Of a DNA stretch of 64,000 bases, positions 8,704 to 18,791 are shown in pieces. The stretch is taken from NCBI GenBank assembly GCA_964291295.2, contig OZ219754.1, positions 3,584,016 to 3,648,015 of the forward strand, given 5' to 3'. Within the stretch, counting starts at the first letter, position 1, and every line of letters starts with the position of its first letter. A program made the translations under genes and the position numbers. This DNA is from an uncultured Candidatus Binatia bacterium. GTDB lineage: Bacteria; Desulfobacterota; Binatia; UBA9968; JAJDTQ01. Below the pieces are notes generated by a model. The model saw nothing but the letters and a program-made list of their open reading frames with translations. It was not told the DNA's origin and did no database searches.

Positions 8704-9951
8704 CTACCTGTCGTCCAGCAGCACCGTGCGGATCATGGAGACGGCGTTGAGGCTCATGCGGGCGCGGTCGGGGCCGCCGCGGCCGCCGAGGTTATAGGTG
8801 CGGGTGTGGAACTTCGTGCCGTCGGTCACGGATATGCAGGTCTGGCCCCGGGCCAGATTGACAGCGGTGTCTCCGGGCGCCTCCACCGCATGCAACGCCA
8901 GGCCCAGGTCGCTGCCGGCCTGTTGCCGGACGGTCCAGGCCAGCTCCTCGGTCAGCGGCTCGGGCTGGGCCAGCAGGGAATCGGCCTCGCCCGGCCGCCG
9001 CGACCCGGCCAGCAGCCGTAGCGTGCCGCGCTCGCCCGGTGCCACCCGCCCCTCCACGAAGTGCTCCTTGCTGGCTCGCTGCAGGCGGTCGGCCACCAGC
9101 CCGGCCGTCATGTCCTCGAATACGGCAACGCTCCGCTCCTTCTCCCGCAGGAGCCGCCCCACCGCATCTTCCATGGTCTCGTCGTCCACCGCGAAGATGT
9201 GGCTGGCGAGGAGTTCCCGGACCTGCGCCTCCACCGGCGCGATGAGTTCCATGGCCTGTTCCCGGCTCGACGCCTTGGCGGTAATGCGTACGTCCACCTG
9301 GCCGGGGTGGGCCAGCACCCCGACGGTGGGGTTGCGGGAGTTGGCGATGAGGTGGCCGATCTCGTGATCCACCGAGCTTTCGCCCATGTCGGTGACCTTG
9401 AGCACCCGGTAGGTGATGGTCTCCGAGAGATTCCACTTGCGCCGCGCGTAGGGGGTCACTTCGTTGTCGAAGAGCCACTTCATCTCGTGGGGCACGCCCG
9501 GCAGCGCGAAGATGGCTCCCTTGTCGTGCTCGACGATGAACGACGGCGCCGTGCCGTTGGGGTTCTCCACCGGAATGGCGCCCTCGGGGATGTCGGCCTG
9601 CCGTTCGTTGTTGGGAGTCATGATCATGTTGCGGCGGCGGAAGCGCCGGTCGATCTGGTCCAGCAGGCCCGGGTCCCGCACCAGCCTGCGGCCGCACACC
9701 TCGGCGAGGATCTCCCGGGTGAGGTCGTCCTGGGTCGGCCCGAGGCCGCCGCTTGTGATGACCAGGTCCGCCCGGTCCAACGCCCGGCCGATGACGTCCT
9801 TCATGCGTCCCGGGTTGTCGCCGACGATGGTCTTGAAGAACAGATTGATTCCGAGATCGGACAGGCGCCGGGCCATCCACGCGGAGTTGGTATCCACGAT
9901 CTGACCCAGGAGCAACTCCGATCCGATGGCAACGATTTCGGCGTTGGGCAC
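8704..9951 (-). CDS. cinA: CinA family protein (MoCF/ADP-ribose pyrophosphatase domain plus a degenerate PncC domain)
   Basis: AEIVAIGSELLLGQIVDTN, SGGLGPTQDDLT, NPNGTAP and LPGVPHEM motifs. The C-terminal domain has FEDMTAG where AESCTGG is expected. Confidence 0.88.
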   Translation of the reverse strand: MPNAEIVAIGSELLLGQIVDTNSAWMARRLSDLGINLFFKTIVGDNPGRMKDVIGRALDRADLVITSGGLGPTQDDLTREILAEVCGRRLVRDPGLLDQIDRRFRRRNMIMTPNNERQADIPEGAIPVENPNGTAPSFIVEHDKGAIFALPGVPHEMKWLFDNEVTPYARRKWNLSETITYRVLKVTDMGESSVDHEIGHLIANSRNPTVGVLAHPGQVDVRITAKASSREQAMELIAPVEAQVRELLASHIFAVDDETMEDAVGRLLREKERSVAVFEDMTAGLVADRLQRASKEHFVEGRVAPGERGTLRLLAGSRRPGEADSLLAQPEPLTEELAWTVRQQAGSDLGLALHAVEAPGDTAVNLARGQTCISVTDGTKFHTRTYNLGGRGGPDRARMSLNAVSMIRTVLLDDR

Positions 9952-10078
9952 GATGCGCTCCTATCCTTGAGAGCCTGCGCCGCGGGCAGAACGGCCTGCG
10001 CACTTCGTGCCAGAAGCCGGCAGCGGCTGGCAAGGGATTCGGCGGCGCCGAACGCGGACAGGTTCGAGGGACCGATCC

Positions 10079-13000
10079 TTACGTCTCGCCGTGCGCGGCC
10101 TCCGGCGCGGGCGCCGGTTCGGCGGCGCCCGTCCCCGGCGCCCACCGGCGCCGGACCCCCTGGCGCACGTCCAGCCACAGGCAATAGAGGGTGGGCGTGA
10201 GCACCAGCGTGAACAGCGTGGAGACGGCCAATCCGCCCAGCACGGCGAGGCCCAGGCCGCGGTAGAGCTCGGAGCCGGCGCCGCGGGACAGCACCAGCGG
10301 CAACATGCCGAACACGGTGGTGGCCGCGGTGATGAAGATGGGGCGGATGCGCGTGCGCACGCTGGAGAGCAGAGCCGCCCGGGGCGCTTCCCCGGAGCGG
10401 ATGAAATTGAGTGTCTGGTGCACGATCAGGATCGCGTTGTTGACGACGATGCCCGTCAGGATGATGAACCCCAGCATGGTGACGGTGTCCATCTTGATGG
10501 TGGGCTCGGTGGCGTGCCCGAGGCTCACGGCGAGCACGCCGCCGGTCGCGGCCAGGGGCACGCTGAACATGATGATCAGCGGGTAGCTCCAGGATTCGAA
10601 CAGCGAGCACATCGCCAGGTAGACCACCACCACGGCCAGCAGGAACGTCCATTTGAAGGCGTCCCAGGCTTCGTTCAGGCTCCGGGCCTGACCGCTGACC
10701 TCAATGGAATAGCCCAGCGGCAGCGTGCGCCGGACCTCCGCCACCGCGTTGTCCTCCACCAGCCGCACCGCTTCCTCCAGCGGCAGCGCATCCCGCATGT
10801 TGGCATTCAGCATGATGGCGCGGTCGAGGTCCACATGCTCGACCTTGGTGGGACCATCCCCCGGGCGGATGTCCGCGATGTCCGAGAGCTGCACCAGCCG
10901 GCCCGCGCCATTGGCGAGCATGAGCCCGCCGAGGTCCTGGGTATGCGCCATCTCCCCGCGCGGCCCCCTGAGGATGATGTCGATCTCCTTGCCGCGCTCG
11001 CGGAACCGCCCGGCGCGGGTTCCCTCCACCGCGGTCTCGATGACGTCGCCCACATCGGAGGCGCGCAGGCCCAGGGCCGAGACCCGGTCGCGGTCCAGAG
11101 TCACGCGGATCTCGGGGTTGCCCCACTCGAAGGATGAATTGACGAAGTTCACCCCGTCCACCCCGCGGATGCGCCCTTCAAGGTAGCGCGCGATATTCCG
11201 GATGGCCTGCAGGTCATCGCCCTTGACGTCCAGGGCCACATTGTTGCCGCCGAAGAAGGCGCCGCGCTGACGGAACAGCGAGGCCTGGGTGATGAAGACG
11301 GCCTGGGGCCCGGGAATGCCGCCGACGGCCCGGCGCATGGTCGCCACCACGCGGCGCATGCCTTCAAGGTCGGTATGCGCCTCCTTCACGATGGCCCCCA
11401 TGATGGGGTTGTCGATACGGATGACGGCGAACATGCGCGCCACCTCGGGGATGGCCCGGATACGCGACTCGATCTCCTTGATGATCGCTTCCTTCTGATC
11501 CGTGTTGAAACCCGGCGGCATCTTCACCAGGCCGAAAACGAAATTGCGGTTCCCGCGCGGGAGATAGTCCAGCGGCGGCGCCAACCACCAGGCCAGGGCC
11601 ACCGAGCCGCCCACGATGAACAGCACCACCAGCACCTGCCGAACGGCGCCGCGCTGAAGCCACGCCAGCAGTCCGAGCACCATTCGGGAGAATCCGGCTC
11701 CGGCCCGATCCAGCACGGCCATGGCCGCACGCAGGCGGCGGAACCGCACACGCGTCCGTTCCGGAAGGATATGGGCGGAGAGCATCGGCACCACGGTGAG
11801 GGCCACCACCAGGGACAGGGCCACCGCCACGGACACGGCCAGGGCGATGTCCCGGAACAGTTGCCCGGCCTCCTGCCGGATGAACAGCACGGGGACGAAT
11901 ACGGCCACCGTGGTCAGCGACGAGGCCACGATGGCCCCACCCACCTCGCGCGCCCCGTCCAGTGCCGCGCGCACCCGCGTCTTGCCCATGTCGCGATGGC
12001 GGAACACGTTCTCCAGCACCACCACCGCATTGTCCACCACCATGCCGGTGGCAAAGGCGAGGCCGGCCAGCAGAATGATGTTGAGGGAGGAACCGAAGAT
12101 ATTGAGAACCACGAACGTCGTGACGATGGACACGGGAATCGCCACCGCGACGACCACGATGCTGGCGACGCTTCTCAGGAACAGCAGCAGCACCAGCACC
12201 GCCAGGGCCACGGCGATATAGATGTTGCGGGTCACCAGGTTGATGGAGTCCTTGATGTAGTCGGTCTCGTCGTAGACCATCTCCAGGTGGATGCCCTTGT
12301 CGCCGTAGCGTTCCTGCAATCGGCTCAAGGTCTGCCGGACCCCCGCCATGACCTCCATGGTGTTCGCCCCGGAACGGCGCAACACGCCCATGCCGAGGGC
12401 GGGCCGGCCGTCGATGCGCACGGCGAAGTCCCGATCCTCGTAGCCATGGGAGACGGCGGCCACGTCGCGCACGTAGACGGGTCCGGTGAGGTCGTGCCGC
12501 ACCACCACGTCGGCGATGTGACGGAGTTCCTCGAACTGGCCGAGGGTGCGCACCACGTGCCGGCGCTTGCCTTCGCTCAGGTCGCCGCCCTTGACGTTGC
12601 GGTTCTCGCGGGTGATGGCCTGCCGTATCTCCGCCACGGTGATGCCGCGGGCAGCCATGGCGCTGGGATCCAGCGTCACGTGCACCTGGCGGTCCCGACC
12701 GCCGAAGCGCCACACCGCGCCAACCCCGGGAACCCGCTCCATCTGCGGCACGATGACGTCCTTCAACTCCTCCCACACCTCGTTGAGGTCGCGCTCCGTG
12801 TTCACCATGATCCACGAGATCGGACTCTCCTCGTCGGTGTTCACCGCGCGGATCCGGGACTCGCCGACGTCCGGCGGCAGCCCCCTGACCGTGTCGAGCT
12901 TCTCCGAGACCCCCAGGCGCGCGATGTCCTTGTCGGTGCCCCAATCGAACTTGAGCACCACGCGGGAGCGGCCTTCGATGGAACTGGACGAAACCTGCCG

Positions 13001-13231
13001 GAGCTGCTCCACGGCGTTGAGCCGCTCCTCCAGCCGGTCCGTCACCTCGCGCTCGACCTCAAGGGGTCCGGCGCCGTCGTAGTCGGTCTCCACCGTGATC
13101 TCGGGCCGGTCCACGGTGGGGATCATCTGGATCGGCAGGCGCAGCAGCGCGATGATCCCGAACAGCGCGGCCAGGATGACGCCGACCATCACCGAGACCG
13201 GATTGCGGATGCAGAAGTCAACGATTCCCAT
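10079..13231 (-). CDS. RND efflux transporter permease subunit (AcrB/AcrD/AcrF family)
   Basis: About 1050 aa with GMVVDNAVVVLEN, GIVVNNAILIV, RIRPIFIT and STLFTLVLTP. Start MGIVDF at 13231. Confidence 0.95.
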   Translation of the reverse strand: MGIVDFCIRNPVSVMVGVILAALFGIIALLRLPIQMIPTVDRPEITVETDYDGAGPLEVEREVTDRLEERLNAVEQLRQVSSSSIEGRSRVVLKFDWGTDKDIARLGVSEKLDTVRGLPPDVGESRIRAVNTDEESPISWIMVNTERDLNEVWEELKDVIVPQMERVPGVGAVWRFGGRDRQVHVTLDPSAMAARGITVAEIRQAITRENRNVKGGDLSEGKRRHVVRTLGQFEELRHIADVVVRHDLTGPVYVRDVAAVSHGYEDRDFAVRIDGRPALGMGVLRRSGANTMEVMAGVRQTLSRLQERYGDKGIHLEMVYDETDYIKDSINLVTRNIYIAVALAVLVLLLFLRSVASIVVVAVAIPVSIVTTFVVLNIFGSSLNIILLAGLAFATGMVVDNAVVVLENVFRHRDMGKTRVRAALDGAREVGGAIVASSLTTVAVFVPVLFIRQEAGQLFRDIALAVSVAVALSLVVALTVVPMLSAHILPERTRVRFRRLRAAMAVLDRAGAGFSRMVLGLLAWLQRGAVRQVLVVLFIVGGSVALAWWLAPPLDYLPRGNRNFVFGLVKMPPGFNTDQKEAIIKEIESRIRAIPEVARMFAVIRIDNPIMGAIVKEAHTDLEGMRRVVATMRRAVGGIPGPQAVFITQASLFRQRGAFFGGNNVALDVKGDDLQAIRNIARYLEGRIRGVDGVNFVNSSFEWGNPEIRVTLDRDRVSALGLRASDVGDVIETAVEGTRAGRFRERGKEIDIILRGPRGEMAHTQDLGGLMLANGAGRLVQLSDIADIRPGDGPTKVEHVDLDRAIMLNANMRDALPLEEAVRLVEDNAVAEVRRTLPLGYSIEVSGQARSLNEAWDAFKWTFLLAVVVVYLAMCSLFESWSYPLIIMFSVPLAATGGVLAVSLGHATEPTIKMDTVTMLGFIILTGIVVNNAILIVHQTLNFIRSGEAPRAALLSSVRTRIRPIFITAATTVFGMLPLVLSRGAGSELYRGLGLAVLGGLAVSTLFTLVLTPTLYCLWLDVRQGVRRRWAPGTGAAEPAPAPEAAHGET

Positions 13232-14576
13232 CTCGCCTCGAATCGGCTGCGGCTCCAGGCCGGGCGGACCTGGCTCCCGGGCTCCCTCCGGCTCCTCCCG
13301 GCCCCCTGCCGGGCCTGGCCCCATTGCCCGACAGCACCTTGGCACCGTCCCGCAGTGCCTCGTTGCCCAGCGTGACCACCTGCTGGCCGGGCTCCAGGTC
13401 GCCGCCGGCGATTTCCAGCAGCGTCCGGTAGCCGCGGCCGGTGCGGACCTTCACCGCCTTCGCCTGACCGTTCGAGACCACGAAGACCAGTTCGTCCGGG
13501 CCGCGCCGCACCACCGCGTCCTTGGGCACGAACACGCTCGGCTCGCCGCTCGCCACGGTCACCACCACGCGGGCCAGCATTCCGGCCTTGAGGCGTCCCT
13601 GCGCGTTGGACAGCCGGACCTTCACCGGAAAGCTGCGGCTGCGCGTGTCCGCCTGAGGAACGATGTGCACCACCTCTCCGGCAAAGACCTCGTCCGGGAA
13701 TGCGTCCAGCGTGACCGTGGCCGGCAGGCCGGGGCGCAGCAGGGCGATCTTTCGCTCCCCCACCGGGCCGGTGGCAAATACCGGATCAAGGTCCACCAGA
13801 TCCGCCACCGGCTCGCCGGCGTTCACCCAGGCACCCACGTCCACATGCTTGCGGACGACGAAGCCCGATATGGGCGCCGGCAGCGTACTCTTGTCGATCT
13901 CGTAGGTCACCGCATCAAGGCGCGCCCGCGCTTCCTCGAACTCGGCCTCGGCCATGGCGATGTCCTGAGCCCTGGCACCGGAGCGGGTCAGGTCGAGGGC
14001 GGCGCGGGCGCTGCCGTACTTCTCGCGGGCGGCCAGGTACTCGCTCTCCACCCTCTGGAACTCCGCAACGCTCACGAGCTGACTGTCGTGGAGTCGTTTG
14101 GCGCGCTCCAGGTCACGCTCGGCCTGCTGCAGGATCGCACGCTGCTCCTTGGCCGCGGCCACGCGCTGCTGGACTTCCTCGGCGCGGGAGCCCTCCCGGA
14201 CCTTGTCCCATTGCTTTTTCGCCCGTTCCAGCGCGGCCGCCCGCTCCCGCAGCGCGATTTCGCGCCGCCCCCGATCGACCCCCAGCAGCACGGTCTTCCC
14301 CGCCTCCACGGCGTCGCCCTCGCGGAAACCGGCCGCCACCACCCGGCCCGAGACCACCGACGCGGCGGTGGTGGAGACGTTGGGCTCGATGGTGCCGATG
14401 AAGGAGACCTCCTCGGGTATCGCCTTCGACTCCACCGGCGCCACCTTCACCGCGGTGGGACGCGCGCCCCAGCCCTGCGCCCCGGCATCCGGGGCGGCCA
14501 GCAGCACGCAGCCGGCAACCATGGGCGGCACGGCTCCGAAGAGCACATTTCGAGAGCGGTGGAACAACAAGTGCAT
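13218..14576 (-). CDS. RND efflux periplasmic adaptor (membrane fusion protein)
   Basis: Signal-like N-terminus, lipoyl/coiled-coil hairpin, and motifs APISGFV, ADTRSRSFPVK, LKAGMLARV and VPKDAV. Start at ATG 14576. Confidence 0.92.
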   Translation of the reverse strand: MHLLFHRSRNVLFGAVPPMVAGCVLLAAPDAGAQGWGARPTAVKVAPVESKAIPEEVSFIGTIEPNVSTTAASVVSGRVVAAGFREGDAVEAGKTVLLGVDRGRREIALRERAAALERAKKQWDKVREGSRAEEVQQRVAAAKEQRAILQQAERDLERAKRLHDSQLVSVAEFQRVESEYLAAREKYGSARAALDLTRSGARAQDIAMAEAEFEEARARLDAVTYEIDKSTLPAPISGFVVRKHVDVGAWVNAGEPVADLVDLDPVFATGPVGERKIALLRPGLPATVTLDAFPDEVFAGEVVHIVPQADTRSRSFPVKVRLSNAQGRLKAGMLARVVVTVASGEPSVFVPKDAVVRRGPDELVFVVSNGQAKAVKVRTGRGYRTLLEIAGGDLEPGQQVVTLGNEALRDGAKVLSGNGARPGRGPGGAGGSPGARSARPGAAADSRRDGNR

Positions 14577-14605
14577 TTCGATTCCCCGATCCTGACTTCC
14601 CGAAC

Positions 14606-14627
14606 TGTATTGAGGATGTATTGAGGA
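14606..14627. promoter_or_regulatory. Perfect 11-bp tandem direct repeat upstream of the RND operon; candidate regulator site
   Basis: TGTATTGAGGA twice, 30 bp upstream of the adaptor start. The one-helical-turn period is typical of OmpR/PhoB-type sites. Confidence 0.4.
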
Positions 14628-14934
14628 TAGGGGTTTTCGGGTAAAGGGGCAACCGCTTCCCGGGCACCGGGAGGGCAAGTTCATGCGAGTTGGAATGCGG
14701 ATGGCTCTCCCATTCGACCGCCTCCATGCTGCCGACATTCAGGGGAGGGCGAGGACGTTCCCATCCTTGATCGGCAGCTGGCTGGGGGCAGGGCGATGCC
14801 CGCAAGCTTGCCGGGTTGGAGGAGCTGCGTAGTCCGGGTTGAAACCCGGCCTGTCATTTGCCGTCCGAAGGTCGTTGACACATGAAGTGGACCCGCAGGT
14901 CACGCGGCCCTGCGCGGGCCAATGCGGAGATGCG

Positions 14935-14959
14935 AAAAGGGCGGCCCATGGCCGCCCTT
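14935..14959 (-). terminator. Rho-independent terminator downstream of the RTX genes
   Basis: AAGGGCGGCC-CAT-GGCCGCCCTT 10-bp stem ending in a TTTT run on the minus strand, ~28 bp after the stop at 14987. Confidence 0.7.
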
Positions 14960-14986
14960 CCTCTCCGACATCAGGTCACGTCCCGA

Positions 14987-15456
14987 TCACGCGATAAAAG
15001 AGAAATCGCTTTCAACCAGAGTCGAATCGACTGTGCCCTCGATAACGATCTGCCAGGTTTCACTGGCTTCACGGGCTTTGATTATCGTGTCGTTGCCATC
15101 TTGAGAAATATTCAGGTCATCATATTCCAGATCTCTGGTTTTCCCGGACTCCGTCGTTTTCCTGCCATGAAATCGTATCTTGTCCCCCGACTCCCAATCC
15201 TTGATCGTGTCCTTCTCGAGAGAATCATACGTCTCGCCGAATATGAAATAGTCGATGCCCGCGCCGCCTACCAAGGTGTCGCCGCCCCTGCCGCCGCCAA
15301 GAAAGTCGTCGCCGTCGCCGCCATAAAGATCGTCGTCACCGTCGCCGCCGTAAAGCTCGTCGTTGTCGTCGCCACCGTCCAGGTTGTGGGCGGTCCCGTA
15401 TAGTCACTTCCATTTGTACCATGAATGGTGTTCGTGGTTGGCTGAAATTCACTCAT
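14987..15456 (-). pseudogene. Small hemolysin-type (RTX) Ca-binding repeat protein, frameshifted near codon 18-20
   Basis: RBS (AGGGAG) and ATG at 15456 give MSEFQPTTNTIHGTNGSD. The RTX repeats (LDGGDDNDELYGGDGDDDLYGGDGDDFLGGGRGGDTLVGGAGID) are in another frame that has a TGA just upstream. Confidence 0.72.
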
Positions 15457-15491
15457 TGTTTTCTCCCTTTCCTTGATGAGGAAGCCGCGCT

Positions 15492-17619
15492 TCACCCCGT
15501 GAACTCGAAATCGGATTCGGTCAATTCAGACGGCGAAACCATGGAAAGCCGGATGCTCCAGTCACCGTCCGGTCCGGTAATCAACGTGGATGATGGCAGA
15601 TCGTAACTACGCACACCTCCTCTATAGCCAAAAGTCACTTCTTCCGTGAAGATCAAATCGGAAAACTTGATGCCGCTGGTGAACACGATCTTGTCCTCGT
15701 CCACGCTGAAGCGACGTATACGGTCATGACCGCTGTTCTTGTCGTACACAAAGATGTCCGCGCCCCTGCCGCCATCGAGTTCGTCGTCACCGTCGCCGCC
15801 GTCGAGGGTGACATCGGCATCGCTCTTCACCCACGGCGGCAACGGCACCGCGTTGTAAAACACGTTCTCGCCAAGAACCAGGGAGTCCGCCGTCACCCCC
15901 AACAACCGGACGGTGTCGTCGTCGCCATGGCGAATGATGGCATCGGCGCCGTCCTGCTCAATGACAAGCTCCTTGAACACATCATGCAAGATATGAAGCT
16001 TGTCGCCTTCCCCGAAATCGGTAATAGTGTCGTTGCCGTCTCCCGCAAAGAAAGAGAAAAAGTCGGCACCCTTGCCGCCCGTCAGCGTGTCGTCGCCGTT
16101 CCTGCCATGGATGGAGTCGTTGCCGTCGCCGCCGTAGAGCGTGTCATTGCCGCCGTTGTAGCCGCCGTCGACAAGGTCGTTGCCGTCACCGCCGTAGATT
16201 ACGTCGTCACCGCCCTTGCCATAGAGCCGGTCGTCCCCGCCGAGGCCGCGAATCGTGTCGTTGCCACTCCCCGCGATCAGTTCCTCTTCGCCCGCGCTGC
16301 CGACAAGAGTAATGCCGTTGCCGGATGGTGTATTCGTGGCCTCGCCGGTACCGGACGGCGTGTTCGCAGGCACACTCGCGCCCGGCGGGTCGCCTGCACT
16401 GGCGCCATGCGCCGTCGTTTCGCTATCGCCGCTGCCACCCATGGCCGACACGATGATGTCGTCCTCGCTCAGAGAGTCCGCCGTCACCCCCGACAGCCTG
16501 ATGGTATCGCCGCCCTCGCCATAGCTGATGACGGTATCGGCGCCTTCCTGATCGATACGGAGCGCCGTGAACCCGCCCACCACGCCATCAAGGCGGATAC
16601 TGTCTCCCGCCTCGAAGTCCGTCACGATGTCCTCACCGTCTCCGGCTTCGAACACGAAGGTGTCGTCGCCCCTGCCACCCTTCAGCGTATCGTCGCCCGC
16701 GCCGCCGGCCAGCGTGTCGTCGCCCTTGCCTCCCCCCAGCGTATCGTCGCCCTCCCCGCCCTCCAGCGTGTCGTCGCCCTTGCCTCCCTCCAGCATGTCG
16801 GCACCGGCACCGCCCCGCAGCGTATCGTCGCCTTGGCGGCCCCGCAGCGTATCGTCGCCCTCAAGGCCCATCAGGACATCGCCGCCCTTGCCACCCCCCA
16901 GCATGTCGGCACCGGCACCGCCCTTCAGCGTGTCGTCGTCCTCGCCACCCCGCAGCGTGTCCGCGCCTTTGCCGCCCGTGAGCACCCTCCTGCCCAAGAG
17001 CTGGCCCCGCAAGGCGTCGCCGTCGTTGCCACCCTGCGGGGTATCCTGCACCGGAGCGCCTTGCTGAGGGGCACCCTGTTGAGCGTTGTCCTGCGGCGGG
17101 TCGCCCTGCGGAGCGGCGCCCTCCTCGCCCCCCGTCTCCACCGGAAGGAAGTGGAAATCCTCCGCGCCGAGAGAGGCCGCGGTCACGCCCTGCAACGTGA
17201 TCCTGTCTCCCTCGCCGTAGCGGATGACCGCATTGGTGCCCTCCTGCTCGATCACCAGTTCCGGGAACCCGCCAGACACCCCGGCAATCTCGATGGTGTC
17301 CCCCGCCTCGAAATCCACGATCCTGTCGGCACCGTCCCCCACCGCGAATGCGAAAGTGTCCGCCCCCAAGCCGCCAAACAGCTTGTCCCCGCCCCGACCG
17401 CCTCTCAGCCTGTCGTCGCCTTGCCCCCCGAACACGGAGTCGTTCCCAGAACCCCCCTCCACCGTGTCGTCCCCGTTGCCGCCATACAGCCGGTCGTCGC
17501 CGTCGCCCCCGTTCAGCCTGTCGTCGCCCATGCCGCCGTCCAGCGTATCGTCGCCAATACCGCCCGTCAGGATGTCGTCGCCCTCACCACCGGTCCTTGA
17601 AATAACCTTGTGCCATCAT
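15492..17619 (-). CDS. RTX (GGxGxD nonapeptide) Ca-binding repeat protein, T1SS-substrate type; 5' frameshift, so either a pseudogene or translated from the internal ATG at 17531
   Basis: More than 25 GGxGxDxL repeats in several blocks and an acidic C-terminus (ESDFEFTG). GGAGGAG RBS plus ATG ATG at 17619 reads MMAQGYFKDRW*, while the RTX repeats run in the +1 frame from ~17610. Confidence 0.85.
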
Positions 17620-18179
17620 GGTTCTCCTCCTGTAATCCGGTCGCCGTCAGCCAACCCCGGAAATGCTTCACCATACACAGCCGATACACAGCCGATACAT
17701 TCCTTGCCGTATAGCCCTGCTGTCGCACACACCACTACCTGCAACACGGCTACCTTCAAGCCCTTACTCCCCCCCCCTGTCAACCCCCTTCAAGCCAAGG
17801 TCTTGTCCAAGGAACCAAGTTCTAGCCTGTATCCCCGTCTGACCACCAAGGAGCGGTTTCCCACCAGGAAAGGCCCTGCTTCTCCCATTTCTCCTCAACC
17901 GTCATCTGCTTCCAATCCTTGATCATCATCCTCTCCATCTCAGCTCGCCGCCATCCCGTATTCCATGAAAAGGCCACCGGTTTCCTGAATGCGGCCAGGA
18001 CTGTCCCTTCTGAAGGTTTGTGTCGGGACGAGAGCCGGGCGCAAGGGTGTTTGGCGCCATCCTTGCGGTTGTCGGTGTACGGGTATGGTCGAGGGATGAG
18101 AGCCGGCGGGGTGAGCGCGGGATGGGTTTGGACGGTCGGATGGCCTGCGGGCGGCGTTGAGGCCCGGCTCCCCCGAATG

Positions 18180-18420
18180 CGGCCGCGGTCAGGCCCGGGT
18201 CACCGCGGCGATGCCTGGCCGCGGTCGAGTTGCAGCCGTCGGCGGGTTTCGGCGAAGCTCGCGCGGGCGCGCCGGTTGGTGAAGATCACCGCGAGCGCGA
18301 TGTGCTTGAGGCCGGCGAGGTTCGCCGCTCCGTGTCCGCTCCGGATCAGGCAGCCTCCCCGCCGATTCAGGTCCTCCACGACCCCGTGTCCGAACCTCCT
18401 CCTCCGACAGCGCATACCCT
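18180..18420 (-). mobile_element. ISAs1-family transposase remnant (C-terminal fragment)
   Basis: CLIRSGHGAANLAGLKHIALAVIFTNRR...SFAETRRRLQ matches the ISAs1 C-terminal pattern (ED.cRiR.ghga.Nla.lrhiAl). No intact DDE ORF is present. Boundaries approximate. Confidence 0.65.
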
Positions 18421-18681
18421 TCCGGAGCCTCACCGTGGATCGGGCTCGACCCCTTGCAGATGCGTTCCCACATTCCCCAAGCATGACTGCCCCAACGCTG
18501 GAACGTCACTGCCTGTCACCAAACCTCTCCCACCCGCACCGGACACGCAGCCTGGAACAGCCCTGGGCACCGGCGGCGCTGGCCGGGGCGACATTGCCGC
18601 CCATCCCACTGCGGACTTCCAGGCCCCGAATCACGACGTCCCCGCCCTCGACCGGCAAGCCCGGAGCCGTTCCGCCCGTGC

Positions 18682-18710
18682 TTGACAGCCCTCCGGCGAG
18701 GACCTACCAT
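18682..18710 (+). promoter_or_regulatory. Sigma70-type promoter for the amidohydrolase-GH84-senA-senB operon
   Basis: TTGACA (18682-18687), 17-bp spacer, TACCAT (18705-18710), ~80 bp upstream of ATG 18792. Confidence 0.7.
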
Positions 18711-18791
18711 GCCAAGATTCTGTCCGGGACAGGCGCACGGACTTGGGGAAAGAACCCTCCGAGAGAACTCCCGGCTTCGCGGAGAAAAACG

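Noticed and set aside
10079-14576. RND pair as the secretion system for the adjacent RTX proteins
   Set aside because: RTX export needs an ABC-type T1SS. This is an AcrB-type permease, separated from the RTX genes by a terminator.
14700-14930. Possible IS end or remnant left of the RTX islet (GGTCGTTGACAC)
   Set aside because: No matching second inverted repeat or transposase homology could be recognised.
17919-18791. 290-aa N-terminal extension of the amidohydrolase in the ORF track
   Set aside because: It spans the ISAs1 remnant and the promoter. The real start is ATG 18792 with an RBS and the family's N-terminal DxDxH motif.
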